DNA from: the human T2T-CHM13v2.0 reference genome, Homo sapiens
Length of the DNA stretch: 64,000 bases
Direction: 5' to 3' (one strand)
Assembly (NCBI RefSeq): GCF_009914755.1
Contig: NC_060938.1
Shown here: piece after piece, positions 42,915-54,840 of the stretch
How positions within the stretch are numbered: the first letter of the stretch is position 1
Layout of the letters: the number at the start of each line of letters is the position of its first letter
The notes under the pieces: model-generated
Told to the model about the DNA's origin: nothing
Seen by the model: the letters and a program-made list of their open reading frames with translations, nothing else
Databases searched by the model: none
Made by a program: the position numbers and the translations under genes

Positions 42915-43275
<361 letters not shown>

Positions 43276-44749
43276 ATACCTGTGCTTTTGACCTTGTACT
43301 GCACTTCAGCCCCATGCAATGCTTTGTGGAACTATGAGATCATTTCTACCAGAGCTACAGAGGAGACCTCAAACAAGTAAGGAGTACTTCCCCATTTTAT
43401 AGGATGAGAAACTGAGGCCGGTGGTCAGAGCACCCTCAGTCCAGTACTCATGCCAATATAGGACCTCAGCAAGGAGGGTCCTCACCTCCTGGGGTGAACT
43501 GCAGAGTTGCTGGGACACTGTGTGCATTTTAGCAAAAGCTCTACTGTGTGTTTTAGAAACTTCAAATGTAGGAAGATACAGGAAAGAGAGGAAGCAGTTA
43601 GAGTTGGCCTAGGAATGAGATGTACTGGCTGGGAGGTCCCTTAGTCCCCCTGAGTCGGGGACCAGGACCATCAGCTTCTGGGGGACTCTATCAATGCCCC
43701 CAATCCACACACAAGTGCCGCAGGCAGCCTTTAAAAATGTGCATATGTGCCTATGTGTAGGTGCCACCGTTCATCTAAGGCCAGGGCCCTTCTTGCCCCA
43801 CCCCCGCCCCACACACCTCCCAGGGCTCACACCCACCTCCACTGTCCTCTTGTCCTTCCACTGCCCTTGAGTCCCATGCACCAGCTATGCGGCAACACCC
43901 TGTTTTCCTGAATGAGGGCCAGGCTGGGCTGCATCCCTGTGTCCTGGCTCACACAGACCCTTCATGACTCTGCTAGATTCTCCCCTTCTCAGAGAAGCCT
44001 CCTCATGCCTCCTCTTGCAGACATCATCTCCCCTGCTCTGGTCCACGCATGCACTCTGTGCCCCGTCTGCAGTAGCCCCTGAGTCCCAGTTATGCACTGC
44101 TGTGTCTGTCTTCCCTCCAGGACTGAGATCTCTTGAGGCAGGAACTATGTTGCAAATATTCAAAGGAATGCCCCCAAGAGCTGTGTGTGTTTGATCTCTG
44201 GTGCACAGAGTAGTTGCTCAATACGGTTTTGTGGAGTCCAGTTCAAAAGAGAGCAGGGGCTGAAAAACCAGGTTGTGAAGGGAGCTGAATGTCAGCATGG
44301 TTATGGGAGTGGGAGGGTAAGAGAAGGGAAGGGGCTTGGCAGCCAGTATTTTATGGTATTTAGGAAAAAGCAATTGGGTACCCGTTTGGCCACCACACAC
44401 CAGTAACTCCAGTGTCAAATTGGATCACATTCTGGGAAAGGGGTCACTCGAGAACTTGTCTTCCCAGGGCCCAGGAGAGAACAAGGAGAAGTGGGAGGTT
44501 CCCAGCCCTAGAATAAATAAATAATCGAGTCAATCTCAGGTTTAACTCCCTTTGACCTTATGTCCCCAACACTGCTACCAGGCAGTCCCAGGGCCAGCAG
44601 GTTCTCTCTGTGTGCCAGTTCCCCATTCCCGTCCCTCTGCAGGGAGCTGGGAGGTTCCGTGAATCCCAATGCCGGCTGGCCCAGCTGGAAACAGCTGTGC
44701 ACAGCAGAAAGATGCACAGCACACGCCAGGCACTGACCTATGCAAACAC

Positions 44750-45210
44750 AAGCAGAATTATAGCCGCCCATAAACAAATTAGCATCCTTTAAAAGGTGAA
44801 AAGCTCCATAAAATGTCTGGGTTTTGTTTACGGCTCCGCGGTGGGGTGGCAGGGAGCTGTATTAAATCACCGAGGTGCCCATGTAGCGCGGGCTCTCTTT
44901 TCTCCTCTCAACTCCCCCCACCACCCTTGTGGGCACACACAGACCCGGGCGCACACTCACATGCACACGCTGCCCTGCCTGCAATGGCCGCTCAGTCCGT
45001 CCTGCCGTTGTTCCTGCCAGCCCGGGTCCCAGCAGGTGTTCCCTAATTAGCAATCTCTTCATTTCCAATCAAAGCACAAAGCGGCCCCAAAAGCCTGTCT
45101 TTACGAGGGAGCCGAGCAGCGGCTAGGGATGTGCGGGGGGGATAATTGTCTTCGCCAGTGGCGGCAGTAAGCGGGCTGGCTAATTCATTATTGTAATAAC
45201 TTTGCTTGTC
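44750..45210. promoter_or_regulatory. Candidate developmental enhancer (CpG-enriched, HOX/FOX/TCF/homeodomain motifs)
   Basis: CCCATAAA 44767, CCATAAAA 44806, TGTTTAC 44825, CTAATTAG 45043, ATCAAAG 45068, TTTACGAG 45100, TAATTCATTA 45181; non-repetitive, locally many CpGs. Confidence 0.55.
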
Positions 45211-46539
45211 CTTGGGGAGGTGTGGGTGGGGGAGGGAGGGAGGGGAAGAGGGAAGGGATGAGTGTGGCTGAGGGTGGGGTGGGTGAGGGTCTGGGGCCAA
45301 GGGGTAGGAGGCAGAAGAGCGAATGACGGACACACCTGTTCGCGGCCCTCCTTGCCGGCCAGCAGGGAGCCCTCCCTCTCTCTGTGTACCCATTCCCCAC
45401 CGCAGGCCAGGATGGGCCCTGGTTCTGAGGGAGGCTCTGGGATCTAGGAAGCAGGGCAGCGTTTACCCTCTGGGGCCCAAGGGGCTGGCACCCGAATAAA
45501 TCTTAGGGTCAGTGATGTGGGATGGGGTCCCGGGAGCCAGGCTGCTGTCTTCCCAGGACCAAATCCCACGAACTCCTGGACCTACGTTTTCATCCCGCCT
45601 GACACAGTGGCAGAGGGGCTCCAGTTAGAGTGTCCAAGAAGCATCCCTGCACTGTTGTTGGCAGAGCCATATAGGTGACAACTCAAAGACCCCCCAACCC
45701 AAAGCAGGAACTAACCACGAAGGTGGCTATGAATACCCCTAAAAAGAGGCCATCATGGCCGCTGGCCCTGGTTGCCCCCGCACTCTGTCCTGGTGTACTT
45801 GCCCTGACCACTTCCTGGAGTAAGAGGTCGGGACCCCTCCCTGGCAGCTGGTGTGCAAGTAGACTAAGAATCGAGGAAGGGAGGATCGAGGATCGTGGTG
45901 GCTGGGTCGCCAGGGGGCTTCGGGAAGCTTTAGGACTCCAGCTGAGCCCCCATCAGAAACAAAACACAGGTATGGAGGAAGCAAGGGCGCTGTCCCTGGT
46001 GGAGGAAACCTTGTGAGCAAAGGCTCAGGGTGAATCCTGGGCTTGAGGACAAAGGGAGGCAGGTCTGGGGGATGGGGGCAGGGGTATGCTGAGGAGTCCT
46101 GGGAGAATCTGGGAATGCAGGGTGGGGCTGGCCACGGAAAAGCTGAGTGGCAGGCTGGAGACTCGGTCTTCATCTCTTGTACCCCCAAATCAATAGCAGT
46201 AGCAACCCCTGCTAGACAGCCTGCAGATGGCATTGCCCTGCCCTGGAGAGATGGGGTCAGTTAGGTAAGCCCTCGGTTTCTGGGGACAGCCTGTCCTTGC
46301 TCACACTGGAACTTGGGGGAGATGGCCAAGATAGGAACCTACCACATGGCCAAAGAGGAAGGGATCGCCTCCCCATACTCCTCCCTCTCCCCTGAAGCTG
46401 CCGTCCCAAATCCCGGCCATGTGACACTTGCTGTGGACATTAGAAATGACTTCTGACCAGCCCTGGCATGACTCCTGGCAGCTTTTCTCTGAGTTCTGGG
46501 CATTTCCCTGGCCTGAGTGCCTGGTGAAGACCGGCCAGT

Positions 46540-46720
46540 GGTAATGGTTGTGGCTCCAGAATCAGAAGACCTAGAGTCAAATCCTGGCCCCATCTGTGAA
46601 TTCACCTTTGTGCCTCAGTTTCCTCATCTGTAAAATGGGGATGATAAAAGTAGCTGCCTCACATGAACTAACACGGGTGGCATGCACAGCACAGCGCTGG
46701 CTCGTGTAGTGAGGGCTCCT
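46540..46720 (+). mobile_element. MIR
   Basis: TGCCTCAGTTTCCTCATCTGTAAAATGGGGATGATAA. Confidence 0.85.
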
Positions 46721-47579
46721 GATGTGTTCGCTCCTGCTCTTAAAGACGTGAGAGGGAGGAAGTGTGTGTGGTTGGGGGAGAGGCTATCAGAGCTTCACTT
46801 CCTTCCTTTACCCATTTTTCTCCCATCTGGGAAATGGAATGGAGAAGGCCGAATATGGACTATCTAAGGTTCTCTGCTTGAAGGACAACAGAGAGCTGGG
46901 GATATGCAGCTGCCTGTCCTCTTGTCCAGGGGGCTAGCTAATTTGGAGATCTCGACATCACCCTGGCAGCAGTGACCAGGAGGCCAAGGCCCAGCCCTGT
47001 TCCAGCTCAGCCCTGCCTCTTTCTGCTTGGTTTGGGTTGGGAGGCCCTGTGGCAGCATTCTGGTCCCTGCACCTGTGCCAGGAGGGTGGCCACGTGCCTG
47101 GCTTTGCTCATCAGGAGTCCCCCAGCCCCGATCTTGGTCTGGCCCAAAGAACTGAGTTTAGAAGTCCAGGTGCCCAGCGCCCAGTCATCTCAATGGTCAT
47201 TTCCTGAGAACTTTGTGGCTTTGGTGTTAGCTCTCATCCTAGCTTAAGAAAACCATGGAGCCAGCTTTCTGTCCCCTCCCCAACCCCAATTTACAGATCA
47301 TTTTACAACAGCCTTTCAACAAATATTTATGAAGCATTTATTATGTGCTTGGTGGGAGAATCTGATGCTACACCAATAAAGGAGAGGATGATTGGAGTTG
47401 CCTCTCTCTTGGGATGGAGAAGCCCTCCCTGCAGAGGTGACATGTAAGCCTCCATCCACCCGAGGGACCTGCAGGGAACCAAGTTAGAATCTGCGTGGGC
47501 TGGAGCAGTTCTGTCCAGTGGAAATGCAATGCAAGCCACGTGTGTAATTTTAAACTTTCTAGTAGCCACACTTTTAAAA

Positions 47580-49024
47580 TTTTTGAGACAGGGTCTCAAA
47601 AAGGCTGGAGTGCAGTGGCACAATCAAAGCTCACTGCAGCCTCTATCTCCTGGGCTCAAGCCATCCTTCTGCCTCCGCCTCCTGAGTAGCTGGGCCTACA
47701 GGGTGCACCACCATATATATATATATTCTATATATATATAATATATAAATATATATTTATATATGTATTTGTATATAATATATAAATATATACAATATAA
47801 TATATATTTATATAATATATATTTATATATTATATATTTATATATTATATATTTATATATTATATATTTATATATTATATAAATATATATTATATATATT
47901 TATATATTATATATTTATATATTTATATATTATATATATTTATATATTATATATATTTATATATTATATATTTATATATTATATATAAATATATAATATA
48001 TATTATATATTTATATATTTATATATTATATATTTATATATTATATATTTATATATAATATATTTTTTTATATATTATATATTTATATATTATATATATT
48101 TATATATTATATACTTATATATTATATATATTTATATATTATATACTTATATATTATATATTTACATTATATATATTATATATCTATATATTATATATTT
48201 ACATTATATATATTATATATTTATATATTATATATTATATATATTATATATTATATATATTATTTATATTATATTATATATTATATATAATATATAATAT
48301 ATATATTATATATTATATATTATATATTATATATTATATATATTATATATAATATATATTATATATTATATATATTATATAATATATAATATATAATATA
48401 TATTATATATACTATATATATTATATATTATATATTTTATATATATGATATATTTATATATTATATATTTTATATATATGATATATTTATATATTATATA
48501 TTTTATATATATGATATATTTATATATTATATATTTTATATATATGATATATTTATATATTATATATTTTATATATATGATATATTTATATATTATATAT
48601 TTTATATATATGATATATTTATATATTATATATTTTATATATATGATATATTTATATATTATATATTTTATATATATGATATATTTATATATTATATATT
48701 TTATATATATGATATATTTATATCATATATATATTTATATATGATATATTTATATCATATATATATTTATATATGATATATTTATATCATATATATATTT
48801 ATATATGATATATTTATATATGATATATTTATATATGATATATAAATATATGATATATAAATATATCATATATAAATATATATTATATATATTTTGTTGT
48901 TGTCAGTGGAGACAAAGTTTCGCTGTGTTGCCCAGGCTGGTCTCAAACTCCTGAGTTCAAGCAATCCTCCTGTCTTTGCTTCCCAAAGTGTTGGGATTAC
49001 AGGCATGAGCCACTGTACTAGGCT
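47580..49024 (-). mobile_element. AluJ-like element whose arms (47580-47712, 48893-49024) are separated by an AT expansion
   Basis: Right arm ends GTGCACCACCAT; left arm resumes TTGTTGTCAGTGGAGACAAAGTTTCGCTGTGTTGCCCAGG. Confidence 0.88.
47713..48892. repeat. ~1.18-kb AT-rich compound micro/minisatellite including 8 x 33-bp units
   Basis: Almost only A/T; 33-bp unit ATGATATATTTATATATTATATATTTTATATAT at 48445-48708, then 3 x 32-bp and 15-bp units. Confidence 0.97.
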
Positions 49025-49294
49025 ACATTTTTTTAAGTCAAAAGAAACAGTTGAAATCAGTTTTAATAATATATTTTATTTAACCCAATATATCAAAATA
49101 TTATCATTTCGACATATAGGTAATATTAAAAAAATTATCACCGAAATACTTTACCTTCTTTTTCTTGTGCTAAGTGTTTGAAGTCTGGTATTTATTTTAC
49201 ACTTCCAGTACTTCCCAGTGTAGACTGGCTGCATTTCACGTGCTCAGTGTCAACTGCGGCCCTCGGCTACCATGTTTGACTGTGCAAGTCTAGA

Positions 49295-49510
49295 GGTTAG
49301 GAGCACAAACTCTGCAGCCACTTGCTAGCTGTGTGACCTCAGATAAGCTGCTGAATTGCTCTGTGCCTTAGTTTCCCTATCTGTAAAATGGGGCAGGAAT
49401 AGAAGCCCTACCTTGGAGTTGTTAGGAGAACTATAGAAGCTCCTAAACGTACAGGGCTGAAATAGTGCCTGGCAGGTAGAAAGTGCTAGCTAAATGTTAG
49501 CTATTAATAA
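49295..49510 (+). mobile_element. MIR
   Basis: CTCTGTGCCTTAGTTTCCCTATCTGTAAAATGGGG. Confidence 0.85.
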
Positions 49511-50849
49511 GAATTATAAAAATAAGAATAATAAATCTCTGAAGGACGAACAGTCCAGGCAGAAACCAGCAGAATGAAGAGCAGGAAGCCAGAGGGGCCT
49601 GGGTGGGTGGCGAGGGGGACGGAGGAGGCCAGTGGGGCACCTGATCATCATGTCCAGCCTCCAAGATCGCGGTTTCCTTTTCAGCAACATGCGCAGAGCT
49701 CGAGAATATACTCTGGAGAGAGAACTCTAAGGGCCGAGACCTTGACACCTGTTCCCAGGTGAAGGGATGGGGTACGAATCCTGGGCGGAGGGCCCAGCGT
49801 ACCCCTCCGTCTTCCTCATCTTGCTCTGACTCCAAAACTGTTGCAGCCTCGCGCTCACAGCCGCCTGGGAAGCACAGGGCATCAGCTGGAGGGGGAATAT
49901 TAATGATTCAATTTTCAACCGGGTTCCACTCCAGGGCCTCGCCTGCGACATGCATTTTTAATCATAACAAAACAGAATGACAAAGGGAGTCATTTGCAGC
50001 AAGGCAGCCCCTGCTGGCTGGCCTCCCTAAAGGATCTGATGTGGGGAGGGGTGGCTGGCCCCGAAGACATTAAAGATGTCTCCCCAACTTCAGAGAGTTT
50101 GTAGCTGTGGCCCAGCCTCTGACCCTCCTGTGCTGTACAAGCCATTTTCTTTGGGCCGTCTCCTTTCCCAAAGTGGGGCTGCTGGGCTGGGGGAACCAGA
50201 AACACTTGGGTGCCATCAGCTAGGGCTGGTAGAAACTGGGGATACCAGAGATCTGACCATCTCCTTAGGGTTTCAGCTGGTCTGCAGCAGGGACAGGGAG
50301 CCACGTGGTGATGGGGGCCCTGTGGGTATGGAGGTGACTCCTAGGCCCGAGGTGACTCTTCATTCTCTGAGACTCTATCAGGCATGTGGGTGTATTCCTG
50401 AACCAGCCTTCTGGGCCGGCCTCACCTTGGTAGTACCTGGTGATTGGCCAGCCCCTCTCTGATGAAGGGCGCCGTAGTTCCCTATTGGTTCCCCTTAGTT
50501 CACCACCACTGGGTCCTGGCCCACCCTGTTTGGCAACTCGCTTTGCACTGAGTCCATTTGGAATGCTCTCCTTCACTGATATCCTTGAATCTCCATTAGC
50601 CAATCTCCCAGGCTCTTTTCCGCCAACATTACTCATTGTCTGCACCACTGCCTTGGCACCTCTGCTGCCCTCTGACCAACCCTCTGTTCATCCACCCAAT
50701 CTCTGAGCCAGTATGTACCCAGTATATACCAGGCACTGTGTCTGGCTGGCTCAGTCTGGTGGGGAAGGCAAACTGGAAGCCACTGTATGGACAGTGGTGT
50801 ATCAGGGGTCACAGAAGAAGCTGTAGGGGCCAGTACAATTTAATGTACA

Positions 50850-50985
50850 CATGTTATTTATTTAACCAACATTTATAAAGGAGCTACTATGTGCCAGGCA
50901 CTGGATGCTGTGGTTGCAGTGGTAGCGAAGACAGACATGGTCCCTGCTTTCACAGAGTGTACAGTTAGGTGAAGAGGAAACAAAC
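50850..50985 (-). mobile_element. L2 3' fragment
   Basis: AACATTTATAAAGGAGCTACTATGTGCCAGGCACTG. Confidence 0.75.
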
Positions 50986-51234
50986 CAGCAGGTGCTCCAT
51001 GTTTCTTTTGAGATCCTCCCTTGTGTCTTGTACACAGTGGGTGCTCAATGATTGCTGGTTGGTGGGTTCTAAGTTGGTGAATTCTCTGACTATGCCATTC
51101 TCTTCCCGCCCCTCACCATGGCTTTGTGTTTTTGAAGTTGATTCCTAAGTTGGACTTTTACCTGCTGGGCTGTCCCCTGTCCTGATTCTGCAAGCTCTGG
51201 TTTCAGGTGTCATAAGTTAATCACACCAACCAGC

Positions 51235-51470
51235 ATTCACTGAATGCTCATGATGCGCCCGGTGCTAAGCACTTTGCTGGCGTAGTTAATATAATCTTAT
51301 GTAATTGTCACAACAACCCCAGAATAGCTTCTATTATTCAACCTGTTTTAACAAAGGGGAAAATGAGGCACAGGGATGTGAAGTCATTTATCCAAGATTG
51401 CACAGCAAATAACGGGCAGAGCTGGGATATAAACCCAAACACTCTGGCCCCAGAGTCTGTGCTGTAAACA
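51235..51470 (-). mobile_element. MIR
   Basis: GTGCTAAGCACTTT...CACAACAACCC...AAATGAGGCACAG. Confidence 0.8.
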
Positions 51471-52149
51471 CGCCGTGTCATCCTGTGGCTTCCTCTTACC
51501 ATGTGGAAAGCAGGTCAGAAAGATCCCTTTTCACCCAATCTGCAAAATCTCGCTGCCTTTTAGTTGACAGGGAGCCATTGCCAGGTAGGTCCAGGCTGTC
51601 CACATCCTCCAGGAATCATGGAATGTCAGTGCTGAGGGTCCTTAGAAGTCCTCTCCTGCACCCCTTTCATGTTTCAGCCAAAGGAACCAAGGCTCAGCGA
51701 TGGAAAAAGACTGGCCCAAGGGCTCAAGACCAAGTCTTGGCTGAGTGGTTCTCCTGGCCCTGTGTGTCCACAGCCCCAGGCTGACTTCCTGAGCATGGTT
51801 TTACATGGTTTAATAGAGAGCAGGCAGCAGATGGCTGGTCTTGGATGAAGGGGCAGAAAGGCCCATGACCTTGCCTCTGCACCTGCCCCACTGCAGTCCT
51901 TGAAACTAACCAGACCCTGATTCCTGGGCTTTCAGACCCCCTGGTCCCTGACACCCTCTTCATGGCTGGGACCTCCTGCTTCCTTCCTTCTATTGTCTTT
52001 CCTGCTGGGGTGACAGAAACCAGCAGTCTGCACTTCTCCCCAGGATCCCCAGGGCAAAAGCAGGAGTGAGAGGAAGCCACTGAAAGCTCAACTGCAGGAG
52101 CTGCAGTTCCCTGGGGGCATCTGCCTGGGGGGCGATACCCACTCTTCAC

Positions 52150-52580
52150 TCACTCACGCATTCCAGCAAATGTATTAGCATGTGCTAGGTGCGGGATACA
52201 TTAGTGAACAAGACAGACAAAAGTCTCTGTTTCAGTGTATCTTACATTTATGGGGGTGGGGGATGGAGGAGGCAGACAAAATAGCCAAGATCGTGAACAC
52301 ATTTAGTGTATTAAACAGGCAAGTGCCGTAGAGAACTAGTAAAGGAAGGAAGCCAGGGCGATCTCCACCGCCCTTCACTATCCCTGCAGGAGGTGAGGGA
52401 GAGAGCCAGCCCTGTACAATCCCAGAGAAGAGATTCAAGCAGAGGGTACATGTAGCAAGTGCAAAGGCCCTGAGGTAGGAACGGACTAGGGGTGTTCAAG
52501 GCACAGCCAGGCCAGTGGCTGGCATGGCGTGGATGAGGAGAAGCATAGAAGGAGATGCAGAGAGAGTGAATCTAGGCATG
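52150..52580 (-). mobile_element. L2 fragment
   Basis: CACTCACTCACGCATTCCAGCAAATGTATT...GTGCAAAGGCCCTGAGGTAGGAA. Confidence 0.75.
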
Positions 52581-53967
52581 GACAACTTGGGATGCTGCTG
52601 ATTAAAGGTGCCAGTGAGAGACAGAAGTCACTTGCAGTGGCCGAGACTCTCCTGGGGCTGAGGCATCCTGTCCCATGATGTGGGAAGGCAGATCTGACAT
52701 CTAACTTGGCAGAGGTAGAGGACTTTCCCCTTGGAGCTGCCGTGGGTGTTGCAGGATGCAATAGAGGTGTTAGGTAGGAAGGTAGGAAGCATTCGTGGTG
52801 GTAGGTGCTCCTGTTTGTTCAACTCCTGCCTCCAGATCAAGGGAATTTCAGAAAAAGACGGGTCCACTCATACATCGTGACTTCCTCTCACCTTGTATGG
52901 TGCTGTAGGTGGAATCCATAGAACCTTCTAGAAAATGAGCAATGGGTAGGTGTGTGTGGGCGGGGGCTGGATGGGGAAGGGCGGGTGCTTGACTGTTCAC
53001 CTGAAGCTTCATCAGCAAGCTTTCACCTTGGAAATAATCTTTCTCTTTGCTCCAGCAAAGGGCTTCTCAAAACTGTGGTTCCCACAGTTGTCCTAGGAAG
53101 GAGGCTTTGGTCGATTACCAACTTTTCTAGGAACTCATGAGATCCTGGTCCTTGTTCTGAGGGGGACTGTGCTGAGAGCACACCCTCTATGAACACTGCC
53201 TCCTTTGCCCAATCCTACTCCTACTGCCACGGCCTCAGGTAGGAGTCCCTGACACGGTGTAGGGTTTTGTGTGGACACAAGCTCCGGGGCTGCAGCTGTC
53301 TTGCCCGATGGGGCCTGTAGCTTCTGCTTTCCATGCAAGCTTACATCGCCTCCTCCTTCCTTCCTGCAGCCGCCTGTCTCTGATTTAAGGGCAGGTTTTA
53401 TTCCCGAGCTGCCTCGGGGCCCCTCTTTCTGATTGCATTAAAGTCTCTGCAATTCTCCCCTCATTAATGATTGGCATATTTTTACCTCTCACTAAAGGAG
53501 CTTCAAGGCGACTCCCAGGGGGCCCTACTCTCCGAATGAAACAATTTCATCCTGCTCCAGAAACGCATTAAAAAGGGTTTGTCAGGATCTTATCACCAGT
53601 TAGAGAAAGCTAATCAAATTACTTCTATTTATTAGCTAGTACAGCAGTATGTCATTCCATCAAGCCCTGGCCCTGGCTCCAGCCCGGGTGGGCATGGAAC
53701 GAGCACCCAGGCACCCTGGCTGCTGGAGGGGAGAGTGCCTGAGGGGAGCCTGCTGCCCAGCCTCTCTGCCCCAGCTAGCACCTCCGTGCCAGCCCTGCCA
53801 GCCAGGAGAGCCGGGTGAGCTACTGGGGCACCAAAACCATGGACATCTGTTATTCATCAAAGATGGTTCCTCACAGCTGCCTGCATCTTCTCCTTAGCCA
53901 GATGGTACATCTCAACTCCAGGCTGCCTGTCCCTGGCAAAGCTGGGTATGAAATTGTGGCATATTTA

Positions 53968-54417
<450 letters not shown>

Positions 54418-54674
54418 TCATGTTTTGATAAAAAAATGAACATTTGATTTTTTGTGCCCCATCTTCCAGTTATTTTCTCCTCTTTCCCAGTGATGAGTAT
54501 CATGAATTTATTATGTATCTTTCTAGGGCCCTAAAAAATCTTTTAAATAATGTGTATATCATATCCAAGAATGGCACACCCTAGTGGGTGCAGCTGCTCT
54601 GAGCCTCTGCTGTGTGGCATCACGGAAATCAGCATCGACTCCACTTGAAATCGTCAGGTCCTCCACGCTTACGG

Positions 54675-54840
54675 TTCTGTGACCTAACCTCCCCATGCCT
54701 CAGTTTCTCCATCTCCATAACGGGGATACTACCATCACTTACTTTGTAGGATTTGTTGTGAGGATGAAATAAGATAATGAACGCACTTAACAAAGGGCCA
54801 GGCACATGGTCAGTGCCCATGAATGGTAGCCATCGTCATT
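54675..54840 (+). mobile_element. MIR
   Basis: GCCTCAGTTTCTCCATCT...GTTGTGAGGATGAAATAAGATAATG. Confidence 0.8.

Larger units (their letters stand above)
47505..49292. mobile_element. MER33-like hAT DNA transposon (parts ~47505-47580 and ~49025-49292) split by an Alu
   Basis: GCAAGCCACGTGTGTAATTTTAAACTTTCTAGTAGCCAC ... TTTTAATAATATATTTTATTTAACCCAATATATC ... GGCTACCATGTTTGAC. Confidence 0.8.

Noticed and set aside
46220-46233. CTCF-like CCTGCAGATGGCAT
   Set aside because: Partial match expected by chance; cannot be called without PWM scoring or ChIP.
48445-48744. ORF of ([11 protein letters not shown])8, and a CRISPR-like regular repeat
   Set aside because: Pure 33-bp tandem repeat with no unique spacers or cas genes; eukaryotic VNTR.
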